Source: Octopus bimaculoides (Eukaryota). From it: a DNA stretch of 64,000 bases. Below are positions 26,056-38,987 of this stretch, in pieces. Numbering within the stretch: the first letter of the stretch is position 1; every line of letters begins with the position of its first letter. Under the pieces are notes generated by a model that was not told where the DNA came from, made no database searches, and worked only from the letters and a program-made list of their open reading frames with translations. Where the stretch lies: the NCBI RefSeq assembly GCF_001194135.2, contig NC_068983.1:11660518-11724517 (forward strand). The letters are read 5' to 3'. Both the position numbers and the translations under genes were made by a program.

Positions 26056-27329
26056 CTGTTAATAAAAATATTAAGATATTATAACAGAAATGTGGAACAA
26101 AAGAACAACAAAGAAGTATACAGAAAACCAGGAAAAAGATATACAATGGATGTGGAATGCTCAAACCCTTATCAATTACAACCAAATGTCATCACAGTTT
26201 CAACATCATATGACATCATATTTTTATATAGAAAAGAATCACATAAATATTAAAAAAAAAACAATAAATCAAAAAAACAACTGTGAGCTAAAAATATACA
26301 TCTATGCTAAATAATAGCAGTACATAAATTGTATATTCTGTCATTAAGAATTAAATCCTCAACAATTACATCAGATTGGATTTTTATGGTTTTGAAAAAC
26401 ATCATGATGCCTACTGTGAGATAATTCAACATAAATACTGTATGTAGTTTGAAGTTTTGAAATTAAAGGAAATTTAAACATTATTAATTAATTTTATGAC
26501 ATCATTAAATATTTGATCTATGATATTTTAATTATAGAAAGAATGTGAAGCTGAAATTAGTTTCTATAAATAAATTTAGCAGACATTTTACTTTGATATA
26601 TATATAATGAAAGTGAAAATTACTACGTAAGGTTACTATAGAGCTGGATCTATTTATGAACTTAAACAACATACTATCATGTATTTAGTCGTGTAACTGA
26701 AAAGATCATATAGATAATTCATAGAAGTGACTGAAATTGTCTGATATTTCAAAACATTTTACTAATCATGTAAGTGATCAGCAAATATTTAATACAAGCA
26801 ACTAACATTTAAAACCTTAAAAAAAAAATATCAAATACATAATTTTACCTTTTGTTATGCATAAAGCATAAGCATAGAGGTAAAAATAAATGAAATTGAG
26901 TAATCACATTAATAGAAATAACTGGAATATGTTAAATCCAGTGTATAATGTATAATAACAGCAGTGAAGAACATTGTACAATTAAAGACAATAGTAAGCA
27001 TTCGGTGTACAAGTATAAATACATGCAGAACTAGTGTGTATTGTATTTACAAAAATACTATTTATTATAAATCATCTACATGATGTATTGTTCACCAAGT
27101 GTTGTAGAGTAAAGAGTGTTGACAGAATGTAACAGCCTGAAAGATAGAGCATTTGCAGCATATTAACTCAACCGTGTTTTTGATGAAATAGTTTGTAATC
27201 AGTTATTGCTTACCAGCAATAAGTATTTGCAGTAAAAGTTTGTTAATCAAGTTTGTAGATAATAGAGTAAAATGTTAGATAAACTTAGATATGTTTAGAC
27301 CAAAGATTGGTCCAGGCCATGTCTAACTT

Positions 27330-27780
27330 AATAGCACCACCTGATAGGATTATCTAAATCCTTTTTACAGTCAAGTTTGGTCTATGGTCCATTCAAGTAG
27401 TGAGTTCTTATTGAGTGAGTTGTATCCAGGTATGGGTGGCTTGTCTGGTATTCCTTGAAGAAATCTGTCTAGACTCCGTGTAAAGCTGATAGGATCCTTT
27501 TCCTCTTTTATCTGTTTCGGGACAATGTTAAACAGGCCAGGGCCTGTTGAGGAAAAGAAATTATGCCGCAGTGTACCTATATGTTGTGATCTTGAATTGG
27601 TCAGGGGACGTATGGCCCATGGTCCCAGCCTTGGATGAACCTTGAAACTAATGTTCAGGTCGTTTGGGCAATATTTTTGAAATGAGCCTCTGAGTGCATG
27701 TACAAAAACTATTCATGTCAAAGTGTGCAGGGTCTCTTTGCAAATGATTGAATCTAATTTCTTGATTAAAAATGGTTCTT
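27330..27780 (-). mobile_element. CR1/L2-type LINE ORF2 C-terminal fragment
   Basis: The minus strand reads QHIGTLRHNFFSSTGPGLFNIVPKQIKEEKDPISFTRSLDRFLQGIPDKPPIPGYNS, resembling the CR1-group C-terminus (GPRLFN.LP...FK..LD.FL..VPD.P..PGY). Confidence 0.7.
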
Positions 27781-27842
27781 TATATTAATGAAGATGGGCT
27801 CCAAAATCTAGTTACTGAAAAAGGAACATGCCAAAAGTAAAC

Positions 27843-28260
27843 AGGCATAGGAGTGGCTCTGTGGTAAGTAGCCTGCTTACCAACCACATGGCTCTGGGTT
27901 CAGTCCCACTGTGTGGCACTTTGGGCAAGTGTCTTCTACTATAGCCTCGGGACGACCAAAGCCTTGTGAGTGGATTTGGTAGATGGAAACTGAAAGAAGC
28001 CCATTGTATATATGTATGTATATATATATATGTGTGTGTGTGTGCATGTTTGTGTGTCTGAGTTTGTCCTCCCAACATCTCTTGACAACTGATGCTGGTG
28101 TGTTTACGTTTCCGTAACTTAGAGGTTCGGCAAAAGAGACTGATAGAATAAGTACTAGGTTGACAAAGAATAAGCCCCGGGGTCGATTTGCTTGACTAAA
28201 GGCGGTGCTCCAGCATGGCCGCAGTCAAATGACTGAAACAAGTAAAAGAGTAAAAAGAGA
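27843..28260 (+). mobile_element. tRNA-derived SINE family A, full length
   Basis: Colinear with 19753-20182. Confidence 0.9.
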
Positions 28261-28892
28261 GAGCCTGATTGGCTGAAAATAGCTACAAGAACAGTCATGT
28301 GATTCAGCCAATTCTCTGTTCCATTCAAATAACAAGGTCATCAGTCAATAAAGAATATTTCAGTCTGAGCCAAAAATCAAAGCTGCGATAATAGCAACTG
28401 AACAGAAGCAAACTGGCCACTTGATGCAAATGACAGTCAGTCATGTAGCCATATGTAGGTGTACAACTATCTGTGTGTTAGTGATGAACAGAGTAATACT
28501 AGGCGAGGAAGATAGAGTAAGAGTTATGCTACTGATGAAATCAAGACCTGTTGTGCAGGAGAATTAATCTATGAGTAAAACCTCACCAGTTTGAATGAAT
28601 TTCTTCAGTGAAAAACACTTAAAATATTAATAATTCAAAAGGGCCACTTGATGAATTTGGTTAATTAAGTTGAAGATTGTTGTAGTGAATGCTGTATGCA
28701 ATAAAATCTAAATTTATTGAAATTTCATTTCAAGTTGGAGAACAAAAAAAAAAAAAAAATGATATAGCGTTAGTTGTCAGCAATTTTAAAAGAAAGGGGT
28801 GGATAATCTTAAGAAATTAAGAAGGAAAGGAAGGGGAAAGGAAAAGGAAAAGGAAGGGAAATCTGATCTTTCTTTACAAGCAAAGAGATCCA

Positions 28893-29275
28893 TTTTACCT
28901 TTCACTTGTCTCAGTCATTAAACAGCAGCCATGCTGGAGCACTGCCATGAAGAATTTTAAGCTGAATGAATCGACCTCAATACTTTTTTTTAAAGCCTGG
29001 CACTTAGTTTATTGATGTCTTTTGCTGAACTGCTAAGTTAAGGGGACGTAAACACACCAAGATCAGTTGTTAAGCAGTGGTAGGGGATAAACATAGACAC
29101 AAACACACACATGTATATATAACAGGCTTCTTTCAGTTTCCATCAACCAAATGCATTCATAAAGGCTTTGGTTAGCCCAAGGCTCTAGTTAGACAACACT
29201 TGCCCAAGGTGCCATGCAGTGGGACTGAACCTGGAACCATGTGGTTGGAAAGCAAGCTTCTTACCACACAGCCAT
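28893..29275 (-). mobile_element. SINE family A, diverged copy
   Basis: Reverse-complement similarity to the family A head and tail. Confidence 0.75.
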
Positions 29276-29897
29276 GCATGAAAATTTTTAGATAGAAATG
29301 AATGATCTAAGGTTTGCATAAACTGTATTATGCTGAGAAGGTCAAATAGAGCAAAAACATACATCCATTATTGTCTCTTGCCTACAAACAAAAGTCAGAA
29401 TGTTTGTTCCCGAAGTATATAAAATAACTTGAGTAATTAATTCTTAATTTGTTCAAATCATCTTCCCTTTTCTGTGTGAATTGTTAGCAATTACTAGTAA
29501 ACTATTTTTTTCATTCTCCAACTGAAATATCAAAATATTAAGAATAAAGAAAATATTAATTTTTGTCCTTTTTTAATTGTTCCTTTTTAATGTAAATTGA
29601 AATAAAAAGTATTAATTTACAATCCCACAGGCATAGATTTCACAATTCCTCTACTCAAGATCAATAAAATAAATCCTAGTCATTTCTGGGGCCATTGCAA
29701 TCAACTACATATTTCCTTAATATTTCTAAGAAATCTTAATGGCGGGGCATCAGCATGGCCGCAGCTCTGAGCTGAAACTATAATATATATCATCATCATC
29801 ATCATCATCGTTTAACGTCCGCTTTCCATGCTAGCATGGGTTGGACGATTTGACTGAGGACTGGTGAAACCGGATGGCAACACCAGGCTCCAGTCTG

Positions 29898-29939
<42 letters not shown>

Positions 29940-30698
29940 CATGGCATTCAGTATATATCTCTTTAATTTAATTACTAAAATTACTACTTCATTTTGTTAT
30001 TATATAAAAATTGAAACAACACCAGCAGACTAATCATTAATCATATGACTTCATTTTATTTATTAATATCAAGGATATTGTCCTTAGGTTTTTATGGATA
30101 AATGTATAAGATTACAAGATTGGCTTAACTTTTCAATATCACTCAGAGAGAGAGATATTGATTTGATAAATAATTTATACTTGTCTCTATATAGTTACCC
30201 ATGAGAGTGTTCAGGGAAACTTCCCTAACAACAATAGAGGAGAGACAGGATGCCTTATGCGACAGCGAAGGTAATCTGTTTAGAAAAATCAATATAGGAT
30301 GTAATCCTTTCTTTATGTAACAACCATTCTAGTGCTAGTATTCTAAATATACCCAGTACATTCTCCTAATGGTCAATGATAAAAAAGGATATCTAGTGTA
30401 AAACAACAGCTAAATCAAATATGCAGAATACTAAATTGTATAACACTAACTACATTAATAGTAATGTACATCTATTTACTTAGTACTGCATATAGTAACA
30501 TTATGAACGCTCACTCCTTAACCAGCCATCCCAAAATCAATCAGGAATGTGTTTTTGTGTTTTCTTTTCAGTGCTGTTACAGTCAATGTTAGTACAATGA
30601 AATGTAAGCTCAGTGAGATAGTAGAGAAACACAAACAGGTGATGAACATATGAACATGTATTTGTGTAAGAAGTAAAACTGATAGTTGTTTCAACCAG

Positions 30699-31034
30699 AT
30701 GAGAAACGTGTGTGTGTGTGTGTCCAATTGCCTCATCAATGAAGTCAAAACATACTCGAGGGCCTATGTGGTATATAAAGTGGTCTGCAGTAAATGTGGG
30801 GTATCTTATATTGGGAGTACTATCAGAAAAATGAACATTCAAATAAAAGAGCACATAAATATGTCAATAGAAGAAAACCTAAAGAAGTGCCAGATCCAGG
30901 ATTTCAAGGTATCCATCAGGGTCACTCAATGCAACAGAAACAATCTCAGAATCATGGAAGCCCTCCTTATCAACAAATTGAGACCAACCATTAACAACAG
31001 GAAGGAACTACATAAAGCAGACTGGTTACTATAG
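30699..31034 (+). mobile_element. Penelope-like element fragment: GIY-YIG endonuclease domain
   Basis: VVYKVVCSKCGVSYIGSTIRKMNIQIKEH...LRIMEALLINKLRPTINNR follows the PLE GIY-YIG pattern (VVY-C-C-YIG-T-R...EH...LEAL.I....P..N). No RT was recognised next to it. Confidence 0.8.
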
Positions 31035-31294
31035 CAATACCAGTCTGCACATGACACCTTCTTCCTTTCTCCTCCACACATCTGAGCAATAACATTACCA
31101 TCCCACACTTTTTCCAAATGTCTTGAAGAAAGGGTTATAACTTCAAAATATAGAAATACAAGGTAAAACTGAAACTTTCTTTTTCTTTTATAGTTTACTT
31201 TGTACCTTCTTGCATTGTTCTGGCCTTACACAACAAATCCCACGTGACCATCGTCCATCTTTCTTTTCTTCACATGACCATGTTTCTTTTCCTC

Positions 31295-31515
31295 CAGGAC
31301 GTCCAAATGACTGGTATGGTCATGTGTTGTGAATGAATGAGGACAGCTGTGTGAAAAAGTGTCACACCCTAGCACTGAGGGAACCTGTAGAAGAAGTAGA
31401 CCCAGGAAAACCTGAATGAAGTAGTGAAGCACGACCTTCAAACATTGGGCCTTACCGAGGCAATGACTAGTGACCGGGACCTTTGGAGATATGCTGTGCT
31501 TGAGAAGACCTGACA
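31295..31515 (+). mobile_element. RTE-clade LINE C-terminal fragment
   Basis: Degenerate frame xWYGHVL.MNEDSCVKKCHTL...RPRKT...VVKHDLQTLGLTEAMTSDRDLWRYAVLEKT, typical of RTE ORF ends. Confidence 0.7.
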
Positions 31516-32879
31516 AGCTAAGTGAGATCATAGCCCATGGCCTATGCCAGTGGGTGTAACCAGCCCATTTATGAATATCCTTATTCACTGGACAATAAAC
31601 CTTGCTTGTACCCCATCATAAGTCTAATGTTTTTAGGCCTTCATGTTTTAAGTGATGATGGAGTCTTCTTGAGCACAGCACATCACCAATCATCTTGATC
31701 TTTTGTCATCTCTTCTATGGATCTCATCGTGATATCAGCTTTCCTTTCTTCACCCCACGTTTTCATTTATATATATGTGAATATGAAGGTGTATATGTAT
31801 GTGAATAATTTTATGATAGGTGTCTAGGGACGAGTGGATCATGTGGTCGGGTTGTGTGAGTATGTGGTTATGCATACATACAGTGATCAGAAAACAACAA
31901 TCTGTTCAAAGGTTAGTGCCCTATACCTAAAGGTATGAGCCAGTACTCATCTTCTGTGCTTATCATTTGTACTCATCATCAGTACTTCTTAACTCTAAAT
32001 AGTGAAATAATGACAAATGCCCAGAAGAAACTATTGTGTATCTTACTGACATCTCAAAAATACCCCATCCAACCACACAAAATTCACAGCAGACCCATTC
32101 AAATATCACTTGCATCAATGTAAACTGGTTCATGTTGTCACTGACACGAGTCATCTGTGCTTAGCAACAAGTTAAGAAGAAATGACAGGCAATAACTGAT
32201 TAATTTAACTGGCATTTGGTGCTTTTGCACAGTTCTTGGGCATTTAGTGTTATTTATCAAGTCTTAAAATGGTCATCCTTAGGACAATTTGCAGCATGTG
32301 TTGGAAGACTGACACTGTGTGTGTGCATGTGAGGGTATCTTCTGTCAATTGACACAGTCCTTTATTATCTTCATCTGAAATGCAGCATCTTTAGATCAGT
32401 CTTCTTCAATTTGTCTCAAGTCTTCCCTGGTCTTTCTTTTCCACAAATCTCATTCACTTTGAAAGTAACAATACTTCTTGATCGGCTGTCCTTCTCCATA
32501 CACACCACATACCAATGACAACAGTCTTCTCTCTTACACACAAAATTTGGTTTCTCAAACATTCAGTTTTTGTTCTGCTAACTTGTAATTCATCATTCAT
32601 GCACACTAACATTACACATCCAAAACAGCATGGTCACTTCATTTATTTCTAGTTTTCACAAATCCTTTGCATTCAAGGCCTACATCTCACTTGAAGATTT
32701 GCAGTATCAAAAGCCTCATATTATTTGCCCTTTGTTCCAAGACAAAATGGTTTTGTTACCAACATAGCTAAGATCTCCTTGAACTTTCTCCAGCCTGTTC
32801 ATATTCAAGGTATTATTGAACCCTAACCCCCACTACTAATTAGGTTTCCTAGTTAACAAAAGCTATAAACTACTTAAAA

Positions 32880-33240
32880 AAAAAAACCTTTTATGCCTTT
32901 GAGAGAATCAATTTTCTGTGAGCTCCAAGTGCTAATGGCCCTTGTGCACTGACTGCACATGAAGTTTACCTTCTCTGAAAGTCCACCACTACACTACAAG
33001 GAATTCTTATATAACCATTTTTCTATATATTGAACAGAACCATTTCCTTGATGGGAGCAAGGTCCTGCTTCCTTTCTTGATTGCAAATACTTTAGTCTTT
33101 GCTAAGGTTACTTTGAAGCCTCTCATTTCTAGTCTTTGCTTCTACATCAGATTCTTTCACTAAACCTACCACAAATTCAACCATAAGAACTAAGTCATCA
33201 GCTTCATCATTATCTGTTCATTAGCAGGGCATGCTAATGA
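32880..33240 (-). mobile_element. Highly degenerate RTE-like reverse transcriptase remnant
   Basis: The minus strand shows ADDLVLM followed by a frameshifted RGLKVTLAKTKV-like segment. Confidence 0.45.
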
Positions 33241-35921
33241 ATAGATAATGCAGTTGTCAAAAGGTATCTTAAATGAAGACCAGCATTTACTATACAAATA
33301 TAGTCAACAAAAGCTCTGCTATTAAGACATTCTAACATAGATTTCTACATAACTGCTGACACCTGGAGTGATGAACTTCTGACAAGAAAACTTGTGAAAA
33401 GTATAAAGACATGTTTTAGTGGAATGTAGTACACCAAAATAATATCTAACTCATTTTACTTCATTTAATAATTGCTACTACTATTTTAAAAACAATGGTT
33501 AGCATTTAGGAGAGTATTTAATCCAAATATTTTTATAGATGAAATCATATCGATGACATTTTAATATATTATTCTGGCCCTAGTGGCTAATAACAGAAAC
33601 CATTATTCTTATTATTAGCATCGTCAAGCTCCCATAGACTGAGCTTTTACAATCACCTTTGCCACATTCTTGGTAATGATATTAAGTTTCTTTCCAGGCT
33701 TTAGGTGCAGAGGGCAAAACTTGGATTTTTTTCTATTCTCAGAATATAAAAGGATATTGTGATTAAGTCTAAAACTATGAAAGAACCAGCCAATGTAGGT
33801 TTGGATAAATGACTGGTCAATGTTTCCCCACCCCAGAATCAGTTAAATTTAAGCAAACTGTAATTACACTGAACATGTTCACTGTAAATATGTTCCTTTC
33901 TTCCTTATGAGAAAATACTGTTATTTAACAATCTTTATTTGGAACTATTCCATAAAATATATTTGCAAATATCTCAATAAACATGACAAATAATAATAAT
34001 GTAAATTGATAGTGTGTTAGTTTCTGATAATCTATAAACAGTCACATGATCCCAGTCGGCTGTTTATTCATTTAATTCATGCCACGTGCTTCACAGAATT
34101 TTCTTCCACTAAATTACACTGACTTTATTATAATTATGATAAAAACCATTTCAATTTAAAAACTTGAAAATCAAAATAAGAAACGGTTTTTAATATGTCA
34201 CTTTTTGTTTCTGTCTGTTGAGATACATTGAAATGACATTTCAAATTCTTAATTATGTGAAATTGAACATGACTAATTGGGTTATTACTGAGATTAGTTA
34301 ACTACATGAAAATATTAGATATTAAATAAGCTAAAAAAAAATTGAGTAATTAAAAAAATAGGCATCAACAAGCTAGAAAATATCTCAAGATTTATTTAGT
34401 AAGTCTCCACTAAGCTACTTAGAAAGGTGATGTCAGCAGTTTATTAAAGCACCAAAAAGGAAATAAAATTTAGCCCAAGTGTGGAATATGAAGAAAACAA
34501 AAACAGAACTGGTCCACTGATGTCTCTTTTAAAATGTGTCAATGCATGTAACTGAAATACCATTTCAAACATTGCAGCAGTGCAAATTTACAATAAAAGC
34601 ATTATTTAAACAGCCAAATTGAATTTTCTTATAACTTAATCATAACAAAATAAATAGAAAAATATCAACCCAAACATAATAATCAAAAACACTTTAAAGT
34701 GAAGAAACATCAACCATAGTACTTTTGGTTTTTATTCTCCAAAGATACAATCTCTGACTTGATTATCATCAAACCAGTGATTGAAATGAAGTGGTTTGAA
34801 CAAGGTGCATTGAATAAGGTGCATCAGCTGACTGAATCAGTCACTTAGCTGATGGGTTGTGAGTTTGTATCTTGTCATGCATTAACTGTTCCTAAATCTA
34901 CTTGCCACAATGCTAATAACCATTAGAATACAAAATGCCACAAAGGAGGTTCTTCAATAATCCTTAATGGTCACAGGATATGGTTATGTCTGATACAATG
35001 TGACAGAAAATTAAGAATTCAGACAATTTAGGATCATGTTATTATTCTTTTATTTTTTTTTTATTTGAATAGTTTTAATGTGTAATTTTCCATGCTTGCA
35101 TGCTTCAGATAAGACAGATTTTATAATAAAAAAAAAATTCAATTTTTAAACAACAGCAAAGTATTAGGGCTCAATTTGAGAAATACAGATTATAAAACAA
35201 GCTCAAAGCAGACAACAACAACAAAGTGCAAGACTACATCTAATCCATTACATTTGACTGTAAAACTTACAGTGACGTTTTGACCACTGAGATCTTTGAC
35301 TTCCTTGCCACTCACAGGTACAGGCTGACAGAATGAATGAGAAAAAGATAAAGGAGTGATGAAAATAAGAAGATAAGCTTAAAAAGAGAAAAATAACTTC
35401 AGTGGGGAAAAATAACATCATTCAGAGAGTTTGAAAATATATGTGGTTGGTAAGCAAGCTACTTACCACACAGCCACTCCAGCACAATGTGCAGAAGATA
35501 AAGGTTAATCACCTAACTACAAGAACACCCAGTCCAAAATGCAAGTGACCAGTCTAGACAAGGAGCTATAAAACCAGCATAGATAAATCAGCAATGGCAT
35601 ACTGAGATTTCCTCCAGCAATGGACCAACAATAGTTAAATAAAATAAAAAGGCATAAAGTTGGTAAATTAGGGGAACAGAGGACATTGTATTGGTATTTG
35701 AAAAGCTTCTCTATCAAATACACAATATTATTTAGGATATAACGTAGTATGTTTATAATGAATGCATGCTTTTGGATTTATAAACAATTTTCTCTCAAAT
35801 CGAACTGTACCATTTTCATAAAAAAGATATTAAACAATGTGGTCCTATATACAATTGTAGGTTCAGTCCTTAATCAGGGCTGGATTATGATCAGCTTTAT
35901 CAGCTTTAATGATGTGGCATC

Positions 35922-36286
35922 GGGAGGCGCAATGGCCCAGTGGTTAGGGCAGCGGACTCGCGGTCATAGGATCGCAGTTTCGATTCCCAGACCGGGCGTT
36001 GTGAGTGTTTATTGAGCGAAAACACCTAAAGCTCCACGAGGCTCCAGCAGGGGATGGTGGCGAACCCTGCTGTACTCTTTCACCACAACTTTCTCTCACT
36101 CTTTCTTCCTGTTTCTGTTGTGCCTGTAATTCAAAGGGTCAGCCTTGTCACACTCTGTGTCACACTGAATATCCCTGAGAACTACGTTAAGGGTACACGT
36201 GTCTGTGGAGTGATCAGCCACTTGCACGTTAATTTCACGAGCAGGATATTTCGTTGATCGGATCAACTGGAACCCTCAAACCCCTC
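35922..36286 (+). mobile_element. tRNA-derived SINE family D with 11-bp TSD
   Basis: Head ggaggcgcaatggcccagtggttagggcagcggactc...ttcgattcc; gatgtggcatc is duplicated at 35911-35921 and 36287-36297. Confidence 0.88.
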
Positions 36287-36812
36287 GATGTGGCATCATC
36301 AACAACTGCAGAGACAATTGTAAGATATGTGGTAATTTGAGCTTAACCAAAGACCAACCTTGATATGGCGCAGTTAGTAGTTATTTATCTTTTGAAAGTT
36401 CCCGAATGCTATTGGTTTTATTCAGAGAAAAATTTGCACAGGAGTATGGCATCAAAAGCTTCTGAAGATTATACCAAACATTGGACAAGACAGTTCACTA
36501 CTGATAACTGATAGAGGAGAAGTCTATGCTAATTTGATACCATTGTTAAAGGTTATCATACATAAAATAATTCCACCTTTTAGATGTGCTAATCTCGGAG
36601 CTAATTATGTCTTCAAAAGAATTGGCAAATGTCTGCAGATAATTAATTACTATGCCAGGTTCAATGTTTGATGTGCATCACTTTGTATTTGATTACATAA
36701 TCAGAAATTTTTTTTAAGCCAATATTAACCAAAAAGTTAATGACTGAAAACAGAACATTTTCTCTGCATATTCGTTCATTTTTTTTTTTTTTTTTAGTAT
36801 ATTTTGTATCAA

Positions 36813-37030
36813 AAGTCAGCGAGCTGGCAGAAACGTTAGCATGCCGGGCAAAATGCTTAGCAGTATTTCGTCTGTGTTAACGTTCTGAGTTCGAATTCCG
36901 CTGAGGTCGACTTTGCCTTTCATTCTTTTGGGGTCAATAAATTAAGTACCAGTTGCATACTGGGGTCAATCTAATCGACTGGTGCCCTCCCCCAGAATTT
37001 TGAGCCTTGTGCCTAGAGTAGAAAAGAATA
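36813..37030 (+). mobile_element. SINE family B
   Basis: cagcgagctggcagaaacgttagc head, gagttcgaattcc B-box, agtagaaaagaat tail. Confidence 0.88.
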
Positions 37031-37639
37031 TATTTTGTATCATAGCCACCAAATTTGACATGAACTATATTGCTATGTTACTATGTATCTATATTGCATT
37101 TCAGTTTTCATTTCAGAAAATGAAGAAAGGTACACAACCTTTCCCAGTTTATTGTATATGCCATATAACTAGCTCAACACATGGCACTTAGAATATAGTT
37201 GGATTGTTGTTTATTAAACAAATACCTCACTTTAACAAAAAAAAATTTTTTATTTTATTTTAACTATTGATAAAACAAAGTTTGAACTTCCTAGTGTCTA
37301 AGATATCGAGGAAGGAGGGGGGGTTGATATTCAAGCAAATGTAAACAGTGGCACCAACAATGTCACAGTTGGATATATTGGATGAGGGAAAATGATGTTA
37401 AAGAGTGCACAATGATAATTAGTGGGATTAAAAATTAGGCAAATACAAAGTTAGCTCCAAAGAGTTATAGACCAATATACCATATAAGAAATGTATTGAG
37501 AGGATTCAAACTAAAAACTATAAAATATTTAACCTGGCACATATTGTTATATAACAATATTGGGTAAATTCAAACTTTCATTAAAAGAGAAATACGTTTT
37601 GTAAATATAAAGAAGAATGTTCATTAATATTTCAAATAC

Positions 37640-37847
37640 CTTATTCCCACGCATTGTAATTCTGCCACCACATCTGGCACATGATTTTAAGTGACAGTAG
37701 TGACAACTATGCCCAACACCATCAGCAAATTTTGTTTTATGGCAGATTTGACAGACAGCACCTTCATCTTGTGGAGTTACTTGTTTGGTTTCCTCACTTA
37801 ATTTTTTTACTGCTTGTTGGTAGCTATCAAATTCATCTTGCATTTGT
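37640..37847 (-). CDS. RIMS2: RIM (Rab3-interacting molecule; RIMS1/2, unc-10 family) internal exon: end of Rab-binding helix and zinc finger
   Basis: Translates (R)QMQDEFDSYQQAVKKLSEETKQVTPQDEGAVCQICHKTKFADGVGHSCHYCHLKSCARCGGRITMRGNK, matching the RIM signature CxxCHKTKFADGxGHxCxYCxxKxCARCGGR. Polypyrimidine tract and cag acceptor at 37850-37848; AAG|gtattt donor at 37639. 208 nt, phase 2 to phase 0. The symbol denotes the family; RIMS1 versus RIMS2 cannot be distinguished. Confidence 0.95.
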
Positions 37848-38894
37848 CTGGAAAAATAATTGAAAAAAAAAAAAGGAGGTGAGAATTGATCTGTAAAAAA
37901 CATGAATTAAACTAATAATTTATCAAATGAAATATTGATCTGTTTTTAATAAATCTGGTACAATACTAAATATATAGGAGTAATTAAGCAATATAATTAT
38001 TCACTTGTATTTCAGTATATTATTGGCATTTAGGCCTGAAAAATATAAGTCAACCAATAAAGCACTTGAATTCTGAATGTGGAAGGACACAACTAAAAAC
38101 TGTAATTTATTTTACTGTAGCTTTCTATTATTTTACTTAAATTTCTCTGTTCCTTGCAATAAAATAGCCTTGAAGTACATCAATTCCCATTCTTGAATCA
38201 TATCACTTTGCTGCTGATTATCATATAAAACAGTCAATTACTAAAACATATAGTGTATGCTAAAAGTGTATCAATTTCAAATATTTTGATTCACTTCTGA
38301 GAAAAAAAGTACTTTCAGAAACATCGATAATAGAAGGGAAAAAAACACATGGAGTTAGCACAGAAAAGAACAAAAGTTTCTTTTAACTAAATTGGATTTA
38401 GAATAAGGAAAATAAAAGATGTTGATGACTATGATAGTACAATTCGATATCTTGGAAATATTTTTTTGAGAACTTCATAAAAGCTTCTTTTTCTTTTGTT
38501 TAACCTGTGATTTATCCAAAATATCTCTTTGTACAGATTGCTTCAAACAGAGCTTGTTTTTTAAATTTTTTACTTCAACACAGACATTTCTAAATAACCA
38601 TTTTCTGAAACATTTTTCATTGAAATATAAATCAAAAATATTCAGTGCAACTCATATACAATATTCCAATAGAAAATTTGACTGAGTTCTCAGACAACGG
38701 TGTGAAATAGCAACAGTTATTATATAATTTGCAGTTGAGTATTATTGATCCCTATATATAAGATAGTGGAGCTATCACTAAAAGACAACCCAAAGAGAAA
38801 GTCAATAAAGTAGTTGTATGCTTAATCTGATAGTCCCCTGAAGGGAATAATACTACTGCTAGTTAGACCTAGGAAGCTGCACCATTTCCTGTCA

Positions 38895-38987
38895 GCCTTG
38901 ACACATTTCCTGTGTCCTTATGTTTACAAGGGGGAGACAAGCACCTCCACCCTTGTAAACATAAGAACACAGGGAATGTGTCAAAGC
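38895..38987. repeat. 93-nt near-perfect hairpin (38-bp stem)
   Basis: 38895-38932 pairs with 38950-38987 at 35 of 38 positions by Watson-Crick pairing. Confidence 0.9.

Larger units (their letters stand above)
26056..37639 (-). other. GT-AG intron of RIM (about 11.6 kb) splitting the zinc finger
   Basis: gt at 37639-37638 and ag at 26057-26056; the phase-0 junction reconstitutes ...MRGNK|VIWSCNLC... Confidence 0.9.
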
